Part shown: positions 51,801-64,000 of the stretch, piece by piece
Layout: each line of letters begins with the position of its first letter
How positions within the stretch are numbered: the stretch's first letter is position 1
From: Eledone cirrhosa
Taxonomy: Eukaryota
DNA: 64,000 nucleotides
Direction: 5' to 3'
NCBI GenBank assembly: GCA_964016885.1
Contig: OZ024740.1
Span: 162,812,001 to 162,876,000 of the forward strand
Notes under the pieces: generated by a model
What the model was told of the DNA's origin: nothing
The model's database searches: none
The model's input: the letters and a program-made list of their open reading frames with translations, nothing else
Program-made: the position numbers and the translations under genes

Positions 51801-53439
51801 TTGAATGAGATGATGGGGTGATTGATCCTTGAGATCAGGGTGGCGTGTGCAGTTAGGGAGCCAAAATGCAGACCAGTTATGTTACATTGGAAGTGCAGGC
51901 TGGGTCTCTCTCATGGTCTATGTGGCACGGCAGAGTATAGACATCCAGTGATGACTGGTGCAAAGGAATATGTGAGTTTTGCTATGTTCTCTGGCCAGTC
52001 ACAAAACAGGTGAACATCATGCAGGGAGATTCGGTCTGGACACGGGTGTAGATGCAAAGGTAGGTCCTTTTGCTTCTTAAGACAGTGTCTATTAAATTCA
52101 ACATACAAGATGTTGGTTACAGTAAAAGTCACATGCCCAAAGTACCATTTAGTGGGATCGAACACAAAACTATGTGATTGTGAAGAGAACTTCTTAACCA
52201 CATGGCTATGTCAGCACATGCATGCACATGTGTTTTATGTTCTAACTCACTAAATCTCTGTGGTTCAACAAAAAGAGACAACAACCCTAAACGTATCAGT
52301 TTTATTAGAATTCCTCAGTGAAGCATAAGTTTATTCATACTTACCAAACCTTAGAATGACTATAAATGTGTAGGGTTTTAGTGAAAAAAAAATACAGCAT
52401 TAAAATCTACAAAACTATCTAAAATAATTTTGGGAAATTTCCCGGAGATGACTTCTGTATGAAGTATATATAATTATGGGTGTGATATATTTATAGGGGA
52501 ACGCCAAACAAAAACATTTAAACCTTTTGACACCAAACCTCCCCTGTTACATAATTGTTGTTAAATGTTTTTGTTTATCAAAAAATCATTCAATCCTACG
52601 TTTATGTAAGAACCTTTGATAAGTTACACTCCAAGTTCCAGCTAAATAATTAGAAAATTAAGAACAAAATTAGAATTTCGCTTTTCGCTCGAACATAGCA
52701 GATATGTAAATGCATTCCTGAGTTTCACATCGAATAATAACAATATTCGATTCGTTTGTACACATACATAAAGTAGGTCTAGGGGCACTACAATATAACA
52801 AACTTTGATACTCATCATTCAGCAAAATAACACACAGACACACATTCATATATTATCATCACCATTTAACATCTATTTTCTATGCAAACATGGAAAATAG
52901 ATGGTAAACAGTGATGATGTTATGACACCAGTCAGGTTATCATGTTATGATGCCAGACAGGAGAAGTGACCATGTCTTGCTTATACAATCTGGTTTTTGC
53001 TTGGTTTTCTATGGTCAAATGCCCTTCCTAATGTCACAACCATAAAGGGTTGACTGGGTGCTCTTTTGTTGCGGTATCAGCATAACAACCTCACTGGGTA
53101 ACTGGGTGATTTTCGTTGCGGTACCAGCATGACTGCTTTACATGGTGGACTAGATGCTTTTTATCATGGCACCAACACTAACATTTTACAAGGTGGAATG
53201 GGTGCTTTTTGTTGCAGCACCAGCTATACCACCATACAAAGTGGACTGGGTTATTTGTATATGTGTATCCTAGTAAGTTGTAGTAATATTCAATGGCTTT
53301 TTAATGAAGCTTGCTTTTCAATTGAAAATTCAGTGATTCATATAAAACCAATTATGAATTTCTTTGTCCCTGAAAAGAGTCTTCAATTTCACTGATTCTA
53401 TCCATGAAGTTGTACATAATAGGAAATATATGTATGCAT

Positions 53440-54010
53440 ATATCATCATCTTCATCAGTTTTATGTCCACTTTACCATGCATGGCAACACGTCTTTTCAC
53501 TTGCTTCTTTCCTTTGTTATCTCCTTTATGACAGTTTTTTTTTAAGTCAGCTTCCACCACCTCTGCCAATACCTATTTTGATCTTCCCCTTCCACATAGA
53601 ACTCTTGGTACTTCATGTAATGATCATCCATAGCACAGCATGTCCATATCAGCACAACCTTTTGTCTTGTACACTGCATCTAATACCTCTAATGTCAAAT
53701 TTTTCTCTCAATTTGCTTGTGCTTCACTGTTCATGCATACTAACATTATTCCTCATTGTAGCATACTTGCTTTATTTCTCTCTAGCCTTCAGATATCCTC
53801 TGCATTCACTGCCCATGTCTCACTAACATGCAGCATCTCACTCTTCACTCAGGCATCATAAAATCTACCCTTCAATCATAGAAAAAATCCCTTTGTTGCT
53901 AACAGGAGTAAAAGCTCCATGAACTTTTTCTATCCTGTACTTATTCTAGCTACTATCCTACCATGATAATTAGATTACCTATGTAATAGAAGTGTTAATC
54001 AACTATTTCT
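53440..54010 (-). mobile_element. Old RTE C-terminal relic
   Basis: Collinear with the RTE 3' coding end (tgtccatatcagcac.., gcatcataaaatctaccc..). Preceded by a cat-type tail. Confidence 0.65.
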
Positions 54011-54240
54011 ATGGAACCTTCCCTGGAATGGAGAAAAAGATTGTGTCTACATATATATGTGTATGTGTATTAGGGTAGACTTAATCCTTGACTTGATACT
54101 TTCAGTGGAGTCTACACTGTTACAAGTTTTCAAGATAACCACTTTCCTTCCTACCATCAGATTCATATACATGAACTCACTTCTTTTTGTGTGCATACAC
54201 ATGAATTATTGAAGAAACACAAACACAAAATAATAATAAT

Positions 54241-54620
54241 GAGTCCCATGTGATCACAATACCGTGGCAAAAGAATTTGACAAGCTAAGAAAATATAAAG
54301 ATCTGCTCATTGAAATTGAAAAAAATGTGGCACCTCAAGGCCGTTACAATACCAGTGATTGTGGGAGGACTGGGAATGATCAAGAAAGGAACAGATCAGT
54401 ATTTGAGAATGATCCCTGGTTTACCCTCTCTGCAAGAGGTACAAAAAATTATTTTAACAGGTACTGCACACGTATTGGGAAGAGCACACAAACTCTCTGA
54501 AAATTATAATCAATGTGGCATGTTAACTGGCTTACCATGTATACAGTGAGTTTATTTGCCCTAGGTGTCAGGAAACACTCGGCATATAACAGAAACAATA
54601 CTGAAGGAAAAGGAAAAACA
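54241..54620 (+). mobile_element. 3' fragment of an R4/Dong-like REL-endonuclease non-LTR retrotransposon in (TAA)n
   Basis: Frameshifted 'KEFDKLRKYKDLLIEIEK/MWHLKAVTIPVIVGGLG...EVQKIILTGTAHVL'. Flanked by taataataat and ataataataa. Confidence 0.75.
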
Positions 54621-54799
54621 ATAATAATAAAGACAGGAGAGCAATGCAGGATTTCAGTAGAATTCTTTATTATTCAGCTCCATCTGAGAAGGGCATCAAT
54701 TTGCAAGACATGTACAAAAGTATTCCCTAGTAAAGTGAGTTGAACATACTTAACTATACAGTTTAACCTCAACTTATATAATGTCCAGAATGTAACATG

Positions 54800-55272
54800 C
54801 ATTAGATGGCATCAGACCACTGCTACACTAATGCACTGAATAAACTCAGCTCAGTGATATTTTGCTGATACATTAGGGAACCACTGGTCCTTGATGCACT
54901 CGACAAATTACTTATATCACTGATTCAGTGATTCAATAGAAAAACCATTGGATCATTGATGCAATTAACAGAGCGAACATTGAATTACAGGTTCAATGGG
55001 ACATTGTAACCCCATGAGCTGATGATACATACTAGAGAATATTTGACTCCCTGGTTCAATGATACACTAAAGAGAACATTTGAGTCTTGACTCAATGATT
55101 ACACTAGAGATCATTTATCCACTACTCTGTTTATGATACATTAGAGATCACTGAATCACTATGTGAATGACACTCTAGAGAACATTGGACCATTAATTCA
55201 ATGATCTACTACAGAATTTATCGGACCTTTAATTCAATGATGTATTAAAGAACATCAAATCCTAGAATCAAC
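54800..55272. repeat. Degenerate minisatellite, about 34-38-bp unit (aatgatacactagagaacattgga....ttc)
   Basis: Recurring tgat(a)c..tagaga.ca(t)tg..tcaa roughly every 35 bp. Confidence 0.65.
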
Positions 55273-56031
55273 AAAAAATAAAAAATAATAATAAATAAAA
55301 TTTGTTTTAAAAATCCCAGATGCCATGCAGCAAAATACAACTGCAAAATAAATGCATCGACAGAAATATTTAAGCTATTCCAGTTAAAAGTTCAATAATA
55401 GTAATAGTAATTATAATAATAATGACAATAATGATAATAAACTAATATAATAATAATAGTAATAATAATAGTAACAACAACAACAAAACTCTGCCATTAG
55501 TAACTTGTTCATTTTTTTTTTAATTATTTTTTCATTGCCAGTTCTAGCAAGCATAGCATTAGCCATTGCAGCTAATGCAATCACTCCTGCCTCTTCAGAG
55601 GTAAAAAAAAATCAACAACTATATATAAGCTTGAAAATAGATTCTAACATAGGCATGAAGCCTCAGATTTATAGGGGGTGGGTAAACAGGATTTTGTGAC
55701 ATTCATGCCTTTCCCAAGAGCATTAGCAAAACATAAGTGAAGCAGCTTGCAAACTCAGCTCACTGTTTAACGTTACTGCAGAACCAAAGTGCCTGTCAAT
55801 AATAATAATAATAATAATAGTTTCTAATACAGGAACAAGGCCAGCAATTTTGGAGGAAGGGTAAAGTCGATTATATCAACCCCAGTACATGATTGGTACT
55901 TTATTTTATCTACCTTGGAAGGATGAAAGGCAAAGTTGACCTGAGCAGGATTTGACCTCAGAATGTAAAGACCAGGAACACATGCTGCAAAGCATTTTGT
56001 CCAATGCTTTAATGATTCTGCAATCCACCAC

Positions 56032-56066
<35 letters not shown>

Positions 56067-57396
56067 CAATAATAATAATAATAATGCCAGCACATTTTTT
56101 TTACTCTCAATAGAGCATTTTTGCTTAATATAGGAAAAAAAAAAGGAAAGAAAAAAAAAAGCTCCAAGAGAATTTATAGAAAAGAATAAAGAAACAAAAA
56201 ACAAACAGCCAAACAACAAAATTTACAAGAATATAAGATGTGTTAACAGGATCTAATCCTAGCTTTGATGGAACCAGAGGTCAAAGTTGAACTTAAATTG
56301 TCCATAAGGTTCTCTCCCAAATTATTAAGATATCACTGTAAATTAGTTATAATTTTTCTTTTTCCTTTTTTTTTTTTTGGAGGGGGTAAATTGTTTGTTT
56401 GTTTGTTAGTTTTTTCTTTCTTTTATATTTATAACTTATTCCTTAAAAAAAAATAGACTTAAGAAATATATTTTCATATTTGTTGTTTGCAACATATGGA
56501 AATTGAATGTCACATTTTTAGAAAGTAAATTCTGAATAGTGCAGCAGTAAGACACAACCGGATGAAGGTCGCTGTTGTTTTTCCCTTAAAACACACACAC
56601 CTGCACACTGTCCCCACATATTCACACCATACACACATTCATCTATATACATTTTATACACTCATTCCTAGAACCCGCCCAATATATTGGCCAAATACTT
56701 TCAATAGTATTAAAAAATATACTACTACTGCTACTACTACTACGAATACTGATTATGATTTCAAAAATTGATAAAACAAATAGCAGCTTTGAAAATAGTT
56801 CAATATTGTGCTATTATTATCAGGCAAAAAGAAAAAAAAAATGATAATAAAATAACTAATAATAATAAATAAAAAAGATTTCACCATATTGTTTATGAAG
56901 AAAAACCGCTTCAAACATTTTTCATAAATTCTAAATCTACAAATAAGCTTGGAAAGATAATAGTGATTATAGTTATGTTAGTTATGTCTGAGTGTCTAAG
57001 ACTTCTTTAGTGAAATAGTCTAAAAGCTAAGATGAAAATGCTCTTCTTTTTTTTCTAAACTGATCATAATAGATTTTAAAATGGATTATAAGATGATAAA
57101 GGACTAAGATATAGGAAAATAATAATAATATAAAAATTAAAATTGAAAACATACAGTTCTGAAAAAATTGAGGAAAGAAAAAGAATTGAAAATGTCTTGT
57201 TATTTATAATAACAGTCTTAATTATAGAATATAATTGAAGGATATAAGTTATAGAGATTTTGTGATTTAGTGATTTAGTGAGCAAGGTAATAATAAATAA
57301 TTACTACTCAAAGCTCATTGTCTCATGAATGTGCAAACAATTTAAATATTGTAGAGGACTTGAATTATGACTATAGCTGATGGCAACAATTATAGT

Positions 57397-57467
<71 letters not shown>

Positions 57468-57790
57468 AGAGAGAGAGAGAGATGGACATTGGACAGAAAG
57501 GTGTGGTCTTTGATTATTTGTACTGTCATCAGCATTGTAATGTCCATGTCCAAGACATGATATTTGCCATTAACAACAGCAGTATCTGCAATACAAAATT
57601 GTTGGCTTGCAGTGCTGAGTTGTGGGTACAATGCCTCAGTTCTGTAGAAGCAGTGTTGGGTTCTGACCTTAGCAACCCATCCCATATAGTACACATATAC
57701 TTCAGAAATCAATATCACAAGAAAATGAGTCAAGCCATTTGTATTTCAAAGTATTAGGTGGAGAAATGATAATGATGATGGCACATACAA

Positions 57791-57856
<66 letters not shown>

Positions 57857-57910
57857 TAATACAAACTTGGTATAATATCCTCAGTCTGTAGGATAAATTA
57901 TATATAAATT

Positions 57911-58110
57911 ATATATAATCAGTTACAATATTGACATATACAAGTACTTAAGTTTCGTTGGATTGCTACCCCAATTCATTCAGCCTGCCATATTGTGATA
58001 GAGTACTTCTGGAAGTACTCTATCACAAAATGGCAGGCTGAATGAGTTGGAGTAGCAACCCATCAAAACTTAAGTACCTGTATATGTCAATGTTGTAACT
58101 GATTATATAT
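57911..58110. repeat. 200-bp near-perfect palindrome
   Basis: The two 100-bp arms align without indels, with 9 mismatches by hand count. Centre gagtacttc-tg-gaagtactc. Confidence 0.93.
57941..57987 (-). ncRNA. Minimal type I hammerhead ribozyme-like motif (Penelope-type); mirror copy on + at 58034-58080
   Basis: Minus strand reads CAGG-CTGAATGA-ATTGGG-gtagcaa-TCCAAC-GAAAC-TTAA-GTA-CTTG: stem I, stem II, palindromic stem III (ACTTAAGT) and a GUA cleavage triplet. The core has one extra nucleotide. Confidence 0.6.
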
Positions 58111-59434
58111 ACATACACATATATATATATATACACACATATATCTATATCCAAAAAATTATCTCCTGTGATTATTCATGTTTATTTATATGTTAATCAA
58201 TCTCTAGTTATTACACACATATATATATCCTTCATTATGATTCATGCCATCATTTATGATGATATGTATGTATATGTAATGTATAATATGTATACATAAT
58301 ATGCAAGCATATGTATGTGTTTGTCAATATAATATACACACGAACATCTATCTAAATATATATGTGCATGCTTATACATCTGTGGATGTGTATATATGAC
58401 ATAAGAAGATTTATAAATGCATTTGTATGCCATCAAGAAATGCTAGAAGACCTCAATGTAGTTATTAAATGATAAAACAAAACTAACAATAACCTAAAAT
58501 CTAAGCCTGGTTAATACACAAATAATATATTTATCCTGTGATATATGTTATGACTACTTAATAAATGAAAACAAAATAGACAAATATATTTTAATATGTA
58601 TATATTTGCATATAACAAATTAACATCATATTTATTGCTCTCTATTATCCTTTTCTCTCTAAATTTCATCCTCATTATCAGGAGGGATTTCAGATTTTTT
58701 TTTGGTGATATCAACGATAGTTGTACATTTAGTGATTTTTAATACAGAATAAATACCATATTTTGCAGCTTATAAGACACTCCAATGCATTAGATGTACC
58801 TCAATTTATAAGGTAATAATCAGGAGAAAAAAATATGAGCATCTAATCTCAAGTAATATTTTCTCTGCTGAAATTATTTCATTTTATTTCAGCTTGTAAT
58901 TCTTATTAATTGTGATGAATTCATCACAATATAGGATGGAGCACTAAATTTAAACAAAATATATGTAATTTTGGATACAGAAATATGGTTAGGTTTGATT
59001 TATAGGTCGGTTAGAACATACAATAGGTCTAGTACTGAACACCATATTTTAGCTTAAAATCTTCACTTCAAACTTATAACTCACACCACTGACCCGTCAG
59101 CTTAGAGGATGCAGAGTGGTTTTTAGAGAAATAACACGTCTAATAAACCGTAAAATATGGTATAATTTTAATTGCTGGAATAATGTAAGGGAATTATGAA
59201 ATTGTAAGTTAAAATGCATATAAACTTGATGAAAATACTAGAATAGACATTATTTGAGCTTTCATTGGTGAATTTAGAGGAAAGTTGAAAAACCAGATTG
59301 GAAAATAAATAAAACATTTATATATTACTTAATATTTAGCTTTGGTAATGTTTTATTTTTATATTGGTGCAATTTATATTCTGAAATATCAGTCTTTAAA
59401 AGGTCGAAAATGAATTTACACACATGCATATACA

Positions 59435-59533
<99 letters not shown>

Positions 59534-59812
59534 ATATATATATATATATATCTATATATATATATATATATGCACATGTATGTATTCAGAGACCCATATA
59601 CATGTGTGTGCATATGTGTGTGTACATATATATATATAGCTAGTGTATAGGACGTGCAGGGTTCGGTTCTTTGTGGCGGCCAATGGCGAGTTCTTTATTT
59701 GGGGGTCTTTGCCCAATTTTGTAAGATGCTTTATAGCATTCCCGCTCATAAGCCCACCACTCTTTATATTAACTTTATCCTCGTAATAATTGGAGAGATC
59801 GGTTATATATAC

Positions 59813-59854
<42 letters not shown>

Positions 59855-60683
59855 GAGATCGAACCTTGAGCTGATCAATCGCGAAACACACATCACACCT
59901 AAATAAACTTAATGAAAATTTGACACCTCGTCCATACTTATTTTATATATATATATATGAATGTTTATATATATGTGTGTGTGTATAAATATATATCTAA
60001 ATATATTATGCCTATGTATGCATGTATGGTGAAGGAGAAGCAGTTAGAAAGAGTAGAAGGTGGGGTCGAAGAATAACAGAAATAACAAAGAACAGAAAAA
60101 TAATCAAAATAAAAGTATGGAAGCACAGATGGATAACAACTAACAGTGAAAAAATGGATACTTGGCAGTAAGTTAGTGACATATAACAGAATTTAATCAT
60201 TTAGTCACCTATTATAGCAAACCTCCAAAACATTTAGTACTCTAACCAATTATTTTCTTTCATACATCTCAGACATAAATTGGTTTCATAATCTGGCACA
60301 ATGCCTGATTTTGAAAGGAACATAGTTGACTGAATGATTCCCTCCCACCTTCAGTATATTACTAGTACTTATTTACTTTGGAGGGATGAAAAGTGAATTC
60401 AACTCCAGTAGGACTTGAACATAGAACGTAGATGGATGAAACTATATACTGCAATGTAAAGCATCTTATCCAGTCCTCTAATGTTTCTGCTAGCCACTGC
60501 TCTCATCCACTGCTAATACATTGATAATGCTAAACAATTGGTGATGAGTTTGTATAAAGTACCAAAATGAAAGATTGAAATTTGGATTAAGAAAAATGAA
60601 TATATATATGAGGTGTATATATTGTATATTATGTATATATATATATATATGGTTTAGAAATGCAATCTGGCGAAACCTTTCAC

Positions 60684-60809
<126 letters not shown>

Positions 60810-60861
60810 AAAAATAAAAATAATTAAAAGAATTTGTTTGGTGTAAATAAAAAAAAAAGTG

Positions 60862-62822
60862 AAGCAGACATATTCTGTGAGACAGGCAGATATTCTGTGA
60901 CAGACAGGTGTTCTGTGACAGAAAGATATTTTATGAGATAGGCAGATATTCTGTGACAGACAGGTGTTCTGTGACAGAAAGATATTTTATGAGATAGGCA
61001 GATATTCTGTGACAGACAGGTGTTCTGTGACAGAAAGATGCTTTGTAAAACAGAGATATTCTGTGTGACAGTCAGATGTTCTGTGAGACAGAGTGATGTT
61101 CTGTGAGACAGACAGATGTCCTGTGTGACAGACAGATGTTTTGTGACAGAGACAGATGTTCTGTGAGAGAGACTGATGTTCTGTGAGAGAGACTGATGTT
61201 CTGTGAGACAGACAGATGTTCTGTGAGAGAGACAGATGTTATGTGAGAGAGACAGATGTTCTGTGAGACAGGCAGATGTTCTGTGAGACAGACAGATGTT
61301 CTGTGAGACAGACTGATGTTCTGTAAGAGGGACTGATGTTCTGTGAGAGAGACTGATGTTCTGTGAGAGAGACTGATGTTCTGTGAGACAGACAGATGTC
61401 ATGTGTGACAGACAGATGTTCTGTGAGAGAGACAGATGTCTGTGAGAGAGACAGATGTCTGTGAGACAGACAGATGTTCTGTGAGATTGACTGATGTTCT
61501 GTGAGACAGACATGTTCTGTGAGACAGACAGATGTTCTGTGAGACAGACAGATGTTCTGTGAGGCAGACAGATGTTCTGTGAGAGAGACAGATGTTCTGT
61601 GAGACAGACAGATGTCATGTGTGACAGACAGATGTTCTGTGAGACAGACAGATGTTCTGTGAGAGAGACAGATGTTCTGTGAGAGGGACTGATGTTCTGT
61701 GAGACAGACAGATGTTCTGTGAGAGAGACAGATGTTCTGTGAGAGGGACTGATGTTCTGTGAGACAGACTGATGTTCTGTGAGAGAGACAGATATGTTCT
61801 GTGAGAGAGACAGATATGTTCTGTGAGAGAGACAGATATGTTCTGTGAGACAGACAGATGTTCTGTGAGAGAGACAGATGTTCTGTGAGAGAGACAGATG
61901 TTCTGTGAGACAGACAGATGTTCTGTGAGACAGACAGATGTCATGTGAGAGAGACAGATGTTCTGTGAGAGAGACTGATGTTCTGTGAGAGAGACAGATG
62001 TTCTGTGAGAGAGACTGATGTTCTGTGAGAGAGACTGATGTTCTGTGAGAGAGACAGATGTTCTGTGAGAGAGACTGATGTTCTGTGAGAGAGACTGATG
62101 TTCTGTGAGAGAGACAGATATGTCCTGTGGGACAGACAGATGTTCTGTGAGAGAGACAGATGTTCTGTGAGAGAGACAGATATGTCCTGTGAGACAGACA
62201 GATGTTCTGTGAGAGAGACAGATGTTCTGTGAGACAGACAGATGTTCTGTGAGACAGACAGATGTTCTGTGAGACAGACAGATGTCATGTGAGAGAGACA
62301 GATGTTCTGTGAGAGAGACTGATGTTCTGTGAGAGAGACAGATGTTCTGTGAGAGAGACTGATGTTCTGTGAGAGAGACTGATGTTCTGTGAGAGAGACA
62401 GATGTTCTGTGAGACAGACAGATGTTCTGTGAGAGAGACAGATGTTCTGTGAGAGAGACTGATGTTCTGTGAGAGAGACAGATGTTCTGTGAGAGGGACT
62501 GATGTTCTGTGAGACAGACTGATGTTCTGTGAGAGAGACAGATGTTCTGTGAGAGGGACTGATGTTCTGTGAGACAGACAGATGTTCTGTGAGACAGACA
62601 GATGTCATGTGAGAGAGACAGATGTTCTGTGAGAGAGACTGATGTTCTGTGAGAGAGACAGATGTTCTGTGAGAGAGACTGATGTTCTGTGAGAGAGACT
62701 GATGTTCTGTGAGAGAGACAGATGTTCTGTGAGAGAGACAGATGTTCTGTGAGACAGACAGATGTTTTGTGAGAGAGACAGATATGTCCTGTGTGATAGG
62801 CAGATGTGAAACAGACAGATAT
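60862..62822. repeat. Tandem satellite, 20-bp unit GACAGATGTTCTGTGAGA(C/G)A, about 98 copies
   Basis: Visible periodicity with 18- and 22-bp variants. Copy number is length/20. Confidence 0.97.
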
Positions 62823-63111
62823 CCAATGAAGTAGTGTGATAAAAGAAAGAAAAAAAAAGAAGAAAAGAAGCAAAATGGCAAAATAGATTTTGAATAGAGT
62901 AAAAATAGATTTTAGATAACTTTAAGATTTCAAAGTTTTTTTTAAAGCTTTTACAATGTATTTTTATGGTGGTGGGATATGGTCATTGTTCAATATAAAC
63001 ACACCCTTTCTCATACATTCACATACACACATATATATGGTGATTCAAGTAGATACATATATTATTGTCACCTTTAATATCATTGTAATTCACTTGTACA
63101 CCATCACTTAA

Positions 63112-63187
<76 letters not shown>

Positions 63188-63450
63188 GAGTTTTCATTTG
63201 CAATTTGGTTGTACATATATTCATATATATATATATATAATAGGTTAACATAGGCCTGAGATAAGACATTTGCAGGAAGGGAACAGTCGGTTATGTCGAC
63301 TACAGCACTTGACTGGTACTTTATTTTATCACCCTTGAAAGGATGAGAGGCAAGGCTGACCTTAGAACAAATACTGCAAGGCATCTTGTCCAATACTATA
63401 ATGATTCTGTCAATCTCCCACTGCCAAATGATAATAATAATAAGAATAAT

Positions 63451-63630
63451 TGTTTCTACTTTTGGCACAAGGCCAGCAATTACCCAGTCTATTACTGGTA
63501 CTTTATTTTATCGACCCCGTAAGGATGAAAGGCAAAGTTAACCTCGGCGGGATTTGAACTCAGATCATAAAGGGACGTAACTCTATGCTTCAAAGCATGG
63601 TGTCCGACTCTCTACCGATACTGCCAATCC
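63451..63630 (-). mobile_element. Family-B SINE with TSD, adjacent to an older copy (about 63250-63430)
   Basis: Near-identical to 10329-10515. aagaataat occurs on both sides. Confidence 0.85.
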
Positions 63631-64000
63631 AAAGAATAATGCCAACAAATAAGACAGATGTGGAATATTGAATATGTGCTGATATTAAAGATTAGATATT
63701 CATGCCTGCTAAATATGGCATTTTTACCACACAAATATCTACACATTAATCAACTTTTATTATAAATTAAAAAAATTTGCTTTATCTCTCTCTCTCTTTT
63801 CTTTTCAGATATCCAGGAATCACACTATAAATTGTTAAAGCCATTTGAATTTTATCTAATGGTTATCAACATAAAGTGAACTTATGAAAATTAACTTGAG
63901 AAAAATTCTATTTGCTTTATCTATCTAAAGTGCCTAATCTTTTTATACATCAAGCAGAAACAGTAATTTCATTTTTTTTTTTTTTTCTGCCATTTTTTTT

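Noticed and set aside
55505-55600. Ala-rich peptide on either strand (minus: AGVIALAAMANAMLARTGNE)
   Set aside because: Short, with no recognisable homologue or clear splice boundaries.
58909-58930. Perfect 22-bp palindrome attgtgatgaattcatcacaat
   Set aside because: Isolated and AT-rich, with no associated element or second copy noticed.
59410-59650. YIYIYI / CVCVCV / ERERER ORFs here and elsewhere
   Set aside because: These are translations of (TA)n, (TG)n and (GA)n microsatellites.
60824-62881. Long minus-strand ORFs (SHRTSVCLTEHLSLSQNIC repeats)
   Set aside because: These are translations of the 20-bp satellite cycling through all three frames.

Overview
AT-rich, microsatellite-dense eukaryotic DNA, most likely octopus or another coleoid cephalopod. 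That assignment is inferred from the RTE-LINE and SINE families and is not proven. One host gene is well supported: sorting nexin 4 (SNX4, PX + BAR) on the + strand. I can trace 13 coding exons from 5978 to the stop at 34464 with GT-AG splice sites and consistent phases. The start-codon exon was not found. The rest is mostly transposon-derived: a near full-length antisense RTE LINE, truncated RTE copies, CORE-type and other tRNA-derived SINEs, TTAA (piggyBac-like) MITEs, a decayed RepHel Helitron with non-autonomous relatives, Gypsy, mariner and R4/Dong relics, and two large tandem arrays (27-bp and 20-bp units). The most notable observations are: (1) a 200-bp palindrome at 57911-58110 whose arms each carry a Penelope-type minimal hammerhead-ribozyme fold with an atypical CUGAAUGA core; (2) Helitron 3' ends whose hairpin includes the terminal CTAG, with a head-to-tail CTAG|TC junction; (3) an array of about 58 NRF1-motif (TGCGCATGCGCA) units showing CpG decay; (4) SINEs stacked at the same duplicated target. 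All calls come from reading the sequence by eye. No searches or folding programs were run.
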